Shown in pieces: positions 1 through 12,955 of a DNA stretch of 64,000 nt. The notes beneath the pieces are model-generated. The model made no database searches, was not told the origin of the DNA, and saw nothing but the letters and a program-made list of their open reading frames with translations. The stretch covers positions 4,588,001-4,652,000 of the forward strand of contig NC_090340.1 of NCBI RefSeq assembly GCF_035084215.1, read 5' to 3'. Both the position numbers and the translations under genes were made by a program. This DNA comes from Heptranchias perlo. Lineage: Eukaryota. Every line of letters begins with the position of its first letter. Within the stretch, counting starts at the first letter, position 1.

Positions 1-1077
1 GCGCTAAACAGTCTAGCACAGGTTATCAGTAAATGTTCACGTGAACTATTCAGTCCATTGGTTGTATACGGCCCAATCGTAATATTCCATCCATAATATA
101 ATACGAGTGAGGGTATTGGTATAATTCATACCTTTTTGATTTTACCATATCAGCAAAAGTGTTCGCCACAAATCATAACCAATCGCAAAGGCCTCGCTTT
201 CTTAAATTCCGAATTAGCAACGTGTGCTCGAAAGTTTAGTTCTATTGGTGTAGAATTTGAACTTGCCGCCCAGGCGTAAAACTTGCCAAGGGGATGGGCC
301 GCCCGTTATAGATACCGCCCGATTTCCATTTCCATTGAAATTAGCAAACCCTGTTTTACGCCCGGGCGGAACATTGAAAATCCACCCCATTGTATCCAAA
401 TTCAACTTTACTTCTGAGTTCACAATAAACAGAAAGTACCCTAATGTCTTATTCAAATGTTTCATTTCCTCTCCATTCGCAACAATGACTGTATTGTGTA
501 TCGGTTTTACTGAGCTAACAGGGAGTATATTAATATTCAGCTCATATCAAGTTACTGGTTTCCTCACTTTAGGATTGGGATCCGTGGTTTTACACAAAGG
601 ATGGGCTACCCTATGACATCTGATTGCGTCATCGGAAGTGTCTACTCAGGTTATTATTGTGGTAAATGCTTAGATTGTATTGTTCTAGATTCAGAACAAT
701 CCACAAGTAGAGTGTTGATTTGGCACGTATATGAGGGGGTAAGATAGGGAGAAAATCGAGACGAGTCTGCAGAGCAAGAACCCTGCGAGTGCTGCATGTT
801 GTGCATTTTTAATAGGCAGCGCTAAAGTGGATCAGCACACGATGTCTACATAGAGCGACGTCTTGAGTGATTACAAAACACACATTTATGATTGCATTTT
901 CCTTTTGCAGAAACATCTCAGAATAAATTATGGCTTTTTGAACGTACATGAATTGTGAGTGAAAAGTTATTTTGGCCGAGTTGAGATTCTGCAGCAACTG
1001 GTGATATTTCAGCAGAAGCAAAGAATATCACTTACACACTCTTCTTGAACATTCAACTGATCTATAGCATCTGAATG

Positions 1078-1262
1078 ATCTTTTTATTGGTTCTTGTAAT
1101 GTGGGTAACTAGGACTAGGCCGTATTCTCTTCTTGTACCGGAGGGCATTAAAATCACCCTCATAGTCTAGTCACATGTAGGGCAGGCAGGGCAGGGGGTA
1201 CAGCCCTTCCCACCCCCATGGACATTAGTGATCCATTTGGTATTTTATTACAATCATGCAGC
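1078..1262 (-). mobile_element. Degenerate short SINE-like derivative of the tRNA-headed LINE family (5' core joined to 3' tail)
   Basis: Reverse complement resembles the LINE 5' core at 20215-20335 (ggacattagtga, agtcacat, gagggca.ttaa) placed next to a tail like 23300-23345, with no ORF between. Confidence 0.5.
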
Positions 1263-1597
1263 TTTAAAGGGGTTAATATTTTCTAATTCCGCTCGAGAAA
1301 TTGAATTCTCTTTCATAACGTGATGTTGTGCGGGCACCGATGCTCACATCTGGAGTTTACACCTTAAGTGTCTTCATGGATTAGTTGGGAGGACTCTACG
1401 GTTATGACCGTTTCCCTGGGCATGTACATTCGCTCCGGAGGAGTGCCTGGGATTTCGGCGAGATTCTTCCGATCTCCTGCGGTATCTTTGGCGGTAGATT
1501 GGCGCATGCAGGTTTCTCAAAGATTTCCAAAGATCACCCACCAAAGAAAGGGATGAAATTCAGGAGAACCCCACATAAATTCTCCACCATATTCTCG

Positions 1598-1937
1598 ACA
1601 GTATTGAAGGGGTGCTGCACTATCGGCGGTGCCCTCTTTCGGAAGAGATGTTAAAAACTTGTCCCAGCTTACCACCGAAGTTTACGTAAAAGATCCTGTG
1701 AGAATATTAGAGGAAGAAAAGAGGAGTTCTCCCGTATCCTGATCAAATAACATAATTAATGTAGCTTATCTGGTCATTCCTCCTATTACTGCTTGTGAGA
1801 CCTTGCTGTGTGAAAATTGGCTGTATCCTTTTTCTATATTACATCAGTGAGTGCGCCTCAAAGGCACGTCATTGACAGAGAAGCGCGTTGTGATCGCCCG
1901 AGCGAGTGAAAAGTGCTCTTAAATGCATGTTCTTTTT
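1598..1937 (+). mobile_element. DeuSINE-type SINE (SacSINE1/AmnSINE1-like), 5'-truncated
   Basis: Deu-domain-like blocks gtgctgcact..ggtgcc.tctttcgga.gagatgtt, gtaaaagatcc, ttatctggtcatt, accttgctgtg..aaattggctg; L2-type tail aaatgcatgttcttttt (recognised from memory of the consensus). Confidence 0.6.
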
Positions 1938-2534
1938 TAGGTTGGTATTTTAGTGCAGAGATTGCTGCATTATTTGATGTATCAGCCTTGAAATTACGGG
2001 TGGGGATTTTGCAGGTCCCCTGCAATAACGTCTTCGGGACACAAGCGAACCGCTCGGGAAACGGCCGGGTTCTGTCCTTTATCGCCTTATGCTCTCCACC
2101 GAAGATAGGGTGGGAGACCGTGAGTGCGGCTCCCCGCATGGAATTTCAGGCCGTCATCTTTGAAATATGAGGTTAAACGTACGAGTGCATTTCATTGCTC
2201 CTTTCCAGTTAAAAAGATATCGGACAGCGGAAAAGCAAGACATATCACTGTAGGTGGGAGTTTCCAGGAGAAAGCCATGTTACCGTGGGAATTCCATTTA
2301 GTGGAGTTGATTGAATAAAATATCTATGGAGGTAAACTAACCATCATCCTTCTCAACCATCAAGGTTGAAAAATCCAAATAGGGAACTACCATAAACTAA
2401 TCATGACGTGTATGTGGTGAATATCACAGCAGACAGATATTTAATTAAGCATTCAGGCGTCTTGCAATCCCATTTTTCCACATTAGTAATAGTACTTTCT
2501 CAATTGCTCATATTGTCCCACATCTCTCTTCAAA

Positions 2535-2862
2535 GGCACTGGATACAGCAAAGGCTATGGGCCCCTACAACATCGCGGCTGTAGTGCTGAAGAATTGTGC
2601 TCCAGAATTAGCCGCGCCTCTAGCCAAACTGTTCAGTACAGCTACAACACTGGCATCTAACCGACAATGTGGAAAATTGTCCAGGTATGTCCTGTCCACA
2701 AAATGAGGACAAATCCAATCCGGCCAATTACCGCCCAATCAGTCTATTCTCAATCATCAGCAAAGTGATGGAAGGTGTCGCGGACAGTACGATCAAGCGG
2801 CACTTATTTACCGATAACACGGCTACCGATGCTCAGTTTGGATTCCGCCAGGACCACTCGGC
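2535..2862 (+). mobile_element. Internal RT fragment of the tRNA-headed LINE family
   Basis: Closely matches 21778-22105 (KAMGP, DKSNPANYRPISL, QFGFRQDHSA). Confidence 0.85.
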
Positions 2863-3915
2863 TATCCAATTAGCCCTACTCCTCTGCCCTTTCCCCATAG
2901 CCCTGCAAATTTATCCTTTTCAAGCATATATCCAGTATCCTTTGGCAATTTACCATTGAATCTGCTTCCACGATTTTTCAGGTAATGCATTCCAGATTAT
3001 AACAACTCGCTACATAAAAAAAATGTCATCTGATTTCCCGGTGGATTTTTGGCCAATTATCTTAGATCTGTGTCCTTTGCTTGCCGACCGTCCTGCCAAT
3101 GGAAACAGTTTCTCCCTATCTACTCTATCAAGACCCCTCATATATTTAATAAACTCTACTAAATCTCCCCTTAACCTTCTCTGCTCGAAAGAGAACAATC
3201 CCAGCTTATCTAGCCTTTCCAATTAACTGAAGCACCCCATCCCTGGTATCATTCTGGTAAATCTCCTCTGCAACCGCTTTAAAGCCTTGACATTCTTCCT
3301 AAATTATGCTGCCCAGAATTGGACGTAATACTTTAGCTGAGGCTCAACCAGTGACTTCTAAATGTTTGCAATGACTTCCTTGCTTTTGTAATCTATGCCT
3401 CCATTTACAAAGCTAAGGATCCCGTTTGCGTTTAACAGTCTTATCACCGTGTCCTGCCACTTTTAAAAGTTTTTGTATGTGAACCTCAGGGGTCTCTGTT
3501 CCTGCACCCACTTTAAAATTGCAAGATTTAATTCATATCGCTTCGACTCACTTTTCCATCCAAATGTTATGAGTTCATACTTCTACGCATTAAATTCCAT
3601 CTGCCACGTGCCTGCGAATTGAACACATTCTGTGTACTCCGGAATTCTGCTGCTATTTTTATTGTATACTATAGTTACAAGCTTTGGGACAGCTGCAAAT
3701 TTTGGAATGATGACCCCTATACTCACATACAGATCAGTGACTTATATCAATAAGAACAATGGTCCGAATACCGACTCCTGGGGGATATCAGTGTATACTT
3801 CCCTCCAGTCTGATAATCAACCGTTCACCATTACGCTCTGCTTTTTGTTTCTTTGCCAATATAGTAGTCATGTTGTAACTGCCCCTATAATCCCATGGGC
3901 TTGTCCTTTTCCATA
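2863..3915 (-). mobile_element. CR1 LINE 3' fragment (ORF2 C-terminus and 3'UTR)
   Basis: ORF 3010-3222 LGLFSFEQRRLRGDL..DREKLFPL, typical CR1 ORF2 end. Confidence 0.85.
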
Positions 3916-4720
3916 ACGACTCTAAACCTTGTAATGCTGTGAACAGTGTTTCCCAAATGCTATCCCAAAGAAGCATGTTCCACTTTCCATCTAACTTCCA
4001 AGAGCCAGTTCCAGCTCTGCGTCCTCCCTCATTGCACTAGAAACATATTGATGAACAAAGTTCTCCTGCGCATATTTCAGAAATTCCTCCATCTCCTTGC
4101 CCGTTAAACTGCTTCTTCCCAGTTATGTTAGATCAATTGAAGTCCCCCTTTATATCTGCTTTTAGGTTATTTTTTAGTGGCGCTATAAATTCCTTATTTT
4201 TTATGTAAAATGTGTTATTATTTTAAATCATTAGGATTAAAGTCTTTTTTTTGAACTGCTCTGTCTTTTGTAAATATTGAGTATACGTGATGTCCTCTTG
4301 CCTGGAAATATTCGGTGGGCAAATCAACAGATTTCACTACAAATTAATGTCATCAGTATTTTCTCCAGTACCTCGCTGCAGTGTAGAAGGACATAGGATT
4401 AGAATTTCCGGAAGGTTTGCCCACTTTTCCACCGTAGTTACACCAAATATTCGGCAGGACATCCGTGAGAGTTATTGGCATTAATGATGTCAGTAGGCGT
4501 GCCAATGTAAATCCTTCCCTCATTTCACTCATATATTCCACACAGCCCGAGAGGACTTTCTCTTCACCTCATGACTATTAACCTTTCCCACACCGCAATT
4601 TCCATAACTGCCCATAAGTCAGTAGAGAAGATATTGCTGCAATTCCTTTTTGTTAGCATTCACACCATCAAAAGCTGCTGCCCCCTTTTTCTTGTCCTAA
4701 TTATTTAATTCTTCCTGTAG

Positions 4721-5034
4721 TCGTGCACACTAGAGTCAACTAAGTTATACATGGTAAGGGTTGAACGCGCTTCCCGAGGCTACATCTTACCGAATTCAAC
4801 TCTTATTTCAGTGGAAGCTGGCATACAACTCAGGGAGACAAACGGCACAAGCAGAGTTCCTGAAACACTGCAAACACACAACACTGCGGAATAACCCACT
4901 GCTGAACTGAAATGAAATGACTGTTTTAAGGATGATTGTATTCTGTTCCTACATTTTTATAGAAGCAACCTTCAAAGAAAAACCTAATTAACACTGACGA
5001 AGCCTTTTATTCAATTACAGGAACATTGAGATAG
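4721..5034 (+). other. Two possible cytoplasmic-tail exons (4721-4753, 4963-5034) of an upstream receptor gene
   Basis: ttcctgtag|..atg|gtaagg and atttttatag| join in phase 0 to SCTLESTKLYM-KQPSKKNLINTDEAFYSITGTLR*; splice signals only, no homology support. Confidence 0.3.
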
Positions 5035-5434
5035 AGTAACACAGATGAATTGTCGGTCACTTGCGAATATCTGAGTTAAGCCACGTCCCATTGTTGAAAC
5101 CATGTTAATTATAACCTATATGTCTGATCTAATGGTGCTTAACCTCACAACTGTAACCCTGGCCCTCTCCCCTTCTTCCAGGTCAATCAGGAGTCTCAAT
5201 CACCAGTGCCAGGCAGACTAATGGTGTAAACCCTAATGACAATTTAATGTCACTCATTCTTTACCTGCCAAGCACTAGCATAGATATTGTCACCCTACTT
5301 GACTCAGCTAGTGAGTAAGAGGGGACAACAGAGGGGGATCCACCGGGCACAACTGAACAGGACCATATGTATATAACGAAAATGGCCAAAGGAAGTGCTG
5401 TGCCGAAGGCCAGCTCACGGCCTAGTTTTGCAAT

Positions 5435-5800
5435 TGCTCGTTATTCACTCTATCAAAACCCCTTGTAATTTTGAACATCTCTATTAGATTTCCCCTTAAC
5501 CTTCTCTGCTCCAAAGAGAACAATCTCAGCTCTCCAATCTCTCCACATAACTAAACTCCCTCACCACTGGTAACATTCTGCTAAACTTCATCTGCACCCT
5601 CTCCAAGGCCTTGTGTGGTGCATTAGGGTTAGGGTTGGAGTTACGGTTAGTATTGTTCCTAGAATTGTACGCAATACTCCAGCTGAGGCCGAACCTGTGA
5701 TTTGTAATTGCCCAGTATGAATTTCTTGTACTTGTATTCAATATTTCTATTTACAAAGCCACCTATCCCATGCACTCTCTCAATCAGCTTATCAACTTGC
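5435..5800 (-). mobile_element. CR1 LINE ORF2 fragment
   Basis: VRPQLEYCVQF and ALERVQ..F.RMLP motifs in ORFs 5526-5741 and 5659-5847. Confidence 0.8.
5623..5658 (+). repeat. Short degenerate telomere-like insertion
   Basis: TTAGGG TTAGGG TTGGAG TTACGG TTAGTA TTGTTC in hexamer register, interrupting the CR1 motif gtggtgc/c.agaattg. Confidence 0.5.
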
Positions 5801-8800
5801 CCGTAGCAGAACGTTGGGAGAGCGCGGAGCACCGCTGGAGCGGCCATAACAACTTAAACCGATCGCGGCAGGAAAGGGGAATCAAACTTTGAGAGAACTC
5901 TCAAAAGTAACGTCACAGTCGACGCAGCGGAGGAGCCCACGAAAGCTAAGGTAAGTCAATTTACCATGTACTCTATAATATTAATTGTAGTTGGTTATCA
6001 CTGAGAAATAACTATCTTAAAAAGGGGTAAGTAAATCAAGAAATAATTTATTAATAATTATGCAAATTAATTAATTACTAACTGATTTGAAATCAAGCTA
6101 AATGCATTTGCCAATTATAATTCAGACCTCTAGTAACGCTATCACTTGTAGAAATAAAATATTGCTAACTAATGAAAAAAAGTAATATTTAGGATAAAGA
6201 TTACGGGAAAGTAGCTAAAATAAGTAGGGGTTGCCAAGAGTAAAGGGATCAAAAATTCTATTAAATAAGAATCTTGTATGCACGAATATTAAATGAGGAA
6301 ATAGGAAATAGGCGCCAACGGGGTACTAAGATAAAACATATGAATAACGTAAGAGGCATATATATATATATATATATATATGATGCAAGTAGACCCTAAA
6401 TAGAATGGAGGTAAAGCTGAAACTCGTTATCTGCAATTCCTGTGCCATGTGTGTTGTACAGAACACTTCAGGTATCTTGGATGACCATATGTGTAGGAAG
6501 TGCCTCCAGTTGCTCGAGCGCAGCGTTTCTGAGCTTGATGTGCAGCTGCAATCACTGCAGCGCATACGGGAGGATGAGAATTTCCTGGATCGTCCGTTCC
6601 AGGAGGTGGTCACTCCACATCCACAGAGAGCTCAGGACAGTAAGTGGGTGACCATCTGGCAGGATAGGAAGAGCCCGGCAGTGCAGGAATCCTTCAGGAG
6701 TGTGTCACTCACTAATTGGTTTTCAGTATTCAATACTGGTGAGGGTTGGAATGCCTCGAATCAATGTAGTGTGGAGCATGGCACTGTAGGGCAAAGGACT
6801 GCACAGGGAGGCACACAAAACTATAGAACTGCAATGTTTATAGCTGATTCAATAGTCAGCGGGACAGACAGGCATTTCTGCAACCGACGATGTGAGTCCT
6901 GCATATGGTGTTGCCTCCCTGGTATCAAGGTAAATGACATCACTAACATTGTGCACAAATTTTTGAGGGGGGAAGCAGAACAGCCAGAAGTCGTTGTCCA
7001 TGTGGGAATCAATAACATAGGGGGGGAAAGGAATTAGATCCTGCAGTTAGAGTTTCAGGAGCTAGGGAAGAAGTTAAAAAGCAGGACCTCAAAATCAGTA
7101 AGCTCTGGATTACTCCCAATGCTACGTATTAGTGAGTATAGGAATAGTAGAATAAGAAAAGTTAATGCATGACTGGAAAATTGGTGCATGACGGAGAATT
7201 TTAGATTCCTGGGGTATTGGCACCAGTTCTGAGGCAGGAGGAATCTGTTCAATATGGATGGATTGCACCTCAACACAGCTAGGGCCAATGTCTTCGCACG
7301 GAGGTTAACTAGTGTTGGGGGGGGGGGCGGTGGGGGTGGGGTGGGGGGGTACTAGCATGAAATATTGGAGAGGAGAATCAAGGTGCACCGTGTTCTGGGA
7401 GAGTCAAATAGTAGTAGACGAAATAAACGTTCAAAAATATGAGGGATCGAACAGGGGGCAAATTCCAGGCAGTCTAATTGTGCATTCATGCACATTGCAA
7501 GGTAAATAAGGTTGGTGAGATGCAGACACAATTCGCCACATGGAACTATGATATAATGGCAATAACAGAGACCTGGCTCAAAGAAGGGGAGGATTGTGAA
7601 CTTAATATTCGTGGCTACAATGTATTCAGGAAAGATAGGGAAGGAAGGATAGGAGGGTGGTGGCAGTATTGAGCACGTAAACTATCATATCACTAGAAAT
7701 TGATGATGTCGTTGAGGGGTCAGGGACAGTATCTGCTTTGTTCGAATAAAGGAACAATAGTGGAGCTGTTATGCTACTGGGTTTGTACTATGGCCCACCG
7801 CACAATGGGAAAGAGATGGAGGAGCAAATTTGCAGGCAATTCAAAGAACGATGCAATAACTATAGAGTACAGGTAATGGGTGACTTTAATTATCCCAACA
7901 TAGATTGGAATAGTAACGGTGTAAAGAGCAACGATGTGGAGGAATTCCTGAAATGTGCAGAAGTGAACTTTCCTGATCAGTATGTTTCGAGCCCAAAGAC
8001 GAAGGAAGCAGTGTTCGATCTAGTTCTGGGAAATGAAGAGGGGCCAGTGGAGCATATTTCATTGGGGGATCATTTGGGGAACAGTGATGAAAATACCATC
8101 AAGTTTAGAGCAGTTATGAAAAAGGACAAGGAACGATGAAGTGTAAAAATACTTAGCTGAGGAGGGCCAATTTCAGCGAGTTAAAAAGGATCATGCCCAG
8201 GCCGAATGGAATCAAAAATTGTTGAACAAAACAGTGATTGGAAAATAGGAGACCTTCATGGAGGAGATGGTTCAGGTACAGACTAGACACATTCCCAGGA
8301 GGGGGAAAGTGAAGTCATCCAAATCTAGAGCTCCCTGGATGAATAAAGATATAGAGATTAAAATGAAACAGAGAAGGAGGTTTCTGACAAATGTAAGGTT
8401 CATAATAGAGTAGCGAACCAAGTTGAAAACAGAAAGTACAGAGACGACCTAAAAAAGGGAATAAGAGGTGCAAAGAGAGCGTGGCTAACATAAAAGGGAA
8501 CCTAAACGCATTTTATAAACACATAAATAATAAAAAGTAGCAAAAGGAAGTGTGGGGCCGAATAGGCACAAAAAAGGAAAACTTGTGGAGGCAGAGGGTA
8601 TGGCTGTGGTACGAACTGTATAATTTGCATCGGTCTTCAGTGGAGAAGAGGGTGTTGCCTATGTATCAGGAAAGGAGGGATAGTAGCGATATTGCATCGG
8701 ATAACAACAGATAAAGAGAAGCTGCTTAAAAATTGGCAGTGTTCAAAGTAGCTAAGTCACCTGTTGCGGATGCGATACACCCTCGGTTACTGAGGGAAGT

Positions 8801-10265
8801 AAGGGTTAAAATTGTGGAGGATCTCGTCACAATCATCCTAACCTAATTAGATATGGGGCCCGTGCAAGAGGGCTGGTGGATTGCAAATGATACATCTCTT
8901 TTCAAAAAAATGGGGAGATGGATAAACCCAGTAATTACAGACCAGTCGGCCGAAAGTCTATGGTGGACAAACCTTTAGAGACAATAATTGGAGATAAAAT
9001 TATTTGTCACTTGGAATAGTATGGGCTAATAAATGAAAGTCAGATCGCATTTGTTAAAGGAAATCATATTTTACTAACGTGATTGAATTATTTGATGAAG
9101 TAACGGAGAGGGTTGATGAAGATTGTACGGTTGATGTGTATATGGACGGTCAAAAGATATTTGATTAAGTACCACGTAATAGAATTGTTCGCAGATTTAA
9201 ATGTCATACGATTAAAGCGACAGTGGCAGCGTGGATACAAAATAGGCTAACGGACAGAAAGCATAGGATTCGTAGTTAACGGTTGTTTTTCAGACTGGAA
9301 GGAATTATGAAGTGGTATTCCCCGGCGGTCGGTATTAGGAACACTGAACTTTCTGATATATATTAATGACTTGTACTTGGTTATACAGGGTATAAGTTCA
9401 AAGGTTGCAGATGACACGAAACTCGGGTATGTGGTAAATTATGTGGAGGATAGTAACATACTTTAGGAGGACATAGACAAACTAGTGAAATGAACAGACA
9501 CATGAAATTTGACGCAGAGAAGTGTGAAGTGATACACTTTCGTAGGAAGAATGAGGAGAGGCAAAATAAACGGAATGGTACAATTTTGACGGGACTGCAG
9601 GAGAGGAGAAACCTAAGGTTTTTTTGAAGGTGGCAGGACAAGTTAAGAAGGCTGTTAAAAAATCATATGGCATACTCGGCTTTGTTAATAAAGGCATAGA
9701 GTTTAAAGCAAAAAAGTTAAGCTAAACCATTATAACACACTGGTTAGGCCTCAGCTGGAGTATTATGTTCAATTCTGGCCACCACACTTCAGGAAGGATG
9801 TCATGGACTTGGAGAGAGTGAAGAAGAGATTTACGAGAATGGTACCAGGAATGAGGGACCTCAGTTATGTGGAGAGACTGAAGAACCTGGGGTTGTTCTC
9901 CTTAGAGCAGAGGAAGTTCAGAGGATATATGTTTAAAGTCATGAACAGTGTTGATAGAGTCCATAAGGAGAAACATGTTACAATGGCAGAAGGCTCGATA
10001 ACCAGAGGACACAGATTTAAGGTTATTGGCAAAATAACCAGTGGGGACATGCAGCCAGTTGTTATTATCTTGAATGCACTGCCTGAAATTGTGGTGGAAG
10101 CAGATTCAACAGTAACTTTCAAAAAGGATTTGGATAAACACTTGAACTGAAAAAAAAATCAGTGCTTTTGGGAATGGATGGGGGAGTGGGTCTAATCGGA
10201 CAGCATACCAACGAACAGGTACGGGCACAATGGGCCGAATGGAGTCCTTGTGTGCCGTGTCATGT
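5800..10265 (+). mobile_element. Near full-length decayed CR1 LINE (5'UTR, ORF1 zinc finger plus SGNH esterase-like, ORF2 APE-RT, 3'UTR)
   Basis: ORF1 from 6405: CNSC..CRKC, ADSIV, VHVGINNI, DGLHLN; ORF2 ~7470-10150: AITETWL, MGDFNYP, FDLVLGN, LEQRK; many stops and frameshifts. Confidence 0.88.
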
Positions 10266-10284
10266 TATGATATTAATTGAGTTA

Positions 10285-10605
10285 TTTCAGACGAATAAAG
10301 GACTGAAAGGGTAGCGAGAGACAAGCTATTTCCTCTGTTTGTGGAATCGAGAATAAGGGGGCATAACCTTAAAATGAGAGCGTGGCCGTTGAAAGGTGAT
10401 GTCAGGAAGCATTCCTTCAGGCAAAGGGCTGAGGTTAGGTCAATTGAAAATTTCAAAATGCAGATTGGTAGTTATTTTTTAGGCAAGGTTATTAACGGGT
10501 ATGGAACCAAGATAGTTAAATCGAGTTAAGATACCGATCAGCCCTGATCTAATTGAATGGTGGGACAGTCTCGCGGGACTGAATGGCCCACTCCTGTTCT
10601 TATAT
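10285..10605 (+). mobile_element. CR1 3'-end fragment
   Basis: SRIRGHNLKMR..F.QR and CR1 3'UTR (gaatggcc.actcctgtt). Confidence 0.75.
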
Positions 10606-11584
10606 GAGACAAACGTGACAAGATTAAGGAAACAGTTCAGCAGATCTCATTGGCAATATTTGAATTTGTAATTATATTGAATTTTATCGGCCAACAATAA
10701 ACCCTCTTATTTTCTGAATGTTGAACAAACAACCCCCGCAAAAGTTAGCTCATTCGCACAGTGTGATTCAAACCACATTCAGCAGTGTTAAATTTAATGT
10801 GTGGTCGTTCGATTTGTCACTCTTACTGCTGCAATATGCCCACAGGAAGTTGGTATGCTTTCTATTGTACTGTTTGTTTCACTAGACTTGAACGTCTTAC
10901 AAGTATTGATTCTATTACAATGGCATTGTAATAAACAAAGGAAATGGTTTATTGCCTCATCGCACGCACTAACAGTCGAACTATCCAATTACAGCCATTA
11001 GTTGCAACATAATGGAACATACGTATTGCTGTTGTACATCATGTGCCTCCACTAAATTTCCGCAATTAACAGCGACTTACTATCATTGTTTTCGTTTTTC
11101 TACGACCCTTAGGCCAATAAAGTACGCGCTGAGCACCAATTTCAGTTCTGAACTCTCCTGCTTCCAACGATCCTCAAATCCCCCACACTATTTTGTTTGC
11201 GCTTGAAATCCTACCACACGACACCATCGTTCAGGTTTTCATCCCTTTCGCACCGCCTCCTCAGTACGCCGCTTTGTGGAGCCGTTAACCTTTATACTTT
11301 GAACTAGTTAACTGATTTCTTTTTTTGCAAGGCAACAACAAGGCTGCGACAGAATACATTGCCTTCAATAACAGAATCTCTTGCAATCGAAATTATTGCC
11401 ACAGGGTTTTACATTGAGCGACAGAGAAATTGTCATATCGATTCCCTTAATGTATTCTAAACAATTCTCCAAAATATCCGAACAATAGAATTAAAGTGCA
11501 GCTTGTTACTTTGAATTACTTTCTAATCGTACACGTTTCAAAGGGAATGGCAAAAGTTTGTGTTCTAGCCGCTGTTGGAATGAA

Positions 11585-12635
11585 AGAATCATAGACTGGT
11601 TACAACACAGAAGGAGCCGTGCTGGCTCTCTGCAAGATCAATCCAGTTAGTTCAACTCCCTCACCCTTGCCCCTTGGCTCTGCAAATTTTGTTCCTTCAA
11701 GTGCTTATCCAATTTCCTTTTGAAAGCCATGATTGAATCTGGCTCCACTTTCCTTTAGTCAATGTATTCCAGAACCTAACCATTTCCTGCGTAAAGAATT
11801 TTTTCCTCATGTCGCCTTTGTTTCTTTTGCCGGTTACCTTAAATCTGTGTCCTCTGGTTCTTGAACCTTCTGCCAATGTTTTCAACTGCTCTCCATCTAC
11901 TCTTTCTAGACCCCTCATGATTTTGAACACCTCTGTCTAATCTTCTCTCAACCTTCTCTGCTCTAAGGAGAAAAAACCCATCTTCTCCAGTATATCCATC
12001 TCAAGCCTGGAAACATTCTATTAAATCTGTTATGCACCCTCTCTAATGCCTTCACATCCTTCCTAAAGTGCGTTGCTCAGAGTTGGACACAATACTCCAG
12101 CTGTGGCGGAACCAGTGTTTGAGAAAGGAAGATCATAACTTCCTTGTTTTTGCAATCTATGCCTCTATTTATAAAGCCCAAGATCCCGGATGCTTTTTAG
12201 CCGGATTCTCAACCTGACTTGCCAACTTCAGCGATTTGCGCACATATACACCCAGCACTCGCTGTTCCTGCAACACGTTTAGAATTGTACCCTTCAGTTT
12301 TTATTGCCTCTCGTCGTTCTTCCGATCAAAATGTATCAAGTCGCATTTCTCTGAGTTCAACTTCATATGCCACGTGTCCGTTCATTCCCCCCAGCCTGCC
12401 AACGTCCTCTTAAAGTCTATAACTATCCTCCACTGTTCTCTACACTTCTAAGTTTTATGTCACCTGCAAATTTTGCCTTGTATTTCCAAGTCCAAGTCGT
12501 TAATATACATGGAGAAAAGCGATAATCCTAGTACCGACCGAAGGGGAACAACACTCTATATCTTATTCCAGTCCAAAAAGAACCGTTCACCACTGTTTCC
12601 TGTTACTTAGCCAATTTCGTAACCATGCTGTCACT
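11585..12635 (-). mobile_element. CR1 3' fragment
   Basis: ORF 11697-11930 FKIMRGLERVD..SRTRGHRFKV; gaatcata tail. Confidence 0.85.
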
Positions 12636-12771
12636 TATGAGATTTTACTCTCAGTGGCCATTAATTGACCTGTCTACAATTTGATAAAATGGTGCTTTAT
12701 TGAAATTCACAAAAGGACCAACACACACAATGTTGGGGCAATAGTTAACAACACAGAGCAAGAGATCATTT

Positions 12772-12955
12772 TTAAATTATTATTCGTTCATGGGATGTGG
12801 ACGTCGCTGGCGAGGCCAGCATTTATTGCCCATCCCTAATTGTCCTTGAGAAGGTGGTGTTGAGTCGTCTTCTTGAACCGCTGCAGTCTGTGTGGTGAAG
12901 GTTCTCCCACAGTGCTGTTCGGAAGGGAGTTCCAAGATTTTGACCCAGCGACGAA
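12772..12955 (-). mobile_element. 3' end of the tRNA-headed LINE family
   Basis: Reverse complement matches 23165-23345. Confidence 0.85.

Noticed and set aside
911-954. 44-nt segment with good splice sites, one frame reading INYGFL
   Set aside because: Phases do not chain with the next candidate exons (2209-2253, 4721-4753) without stops; no homology support.
6357-7349. (TA)n at ~6357-6381 and poly-G at ~7316-7349 (also ~16188-16203)
   Set aside because: Ordinary simple repeats expanded inside CR1 copies.
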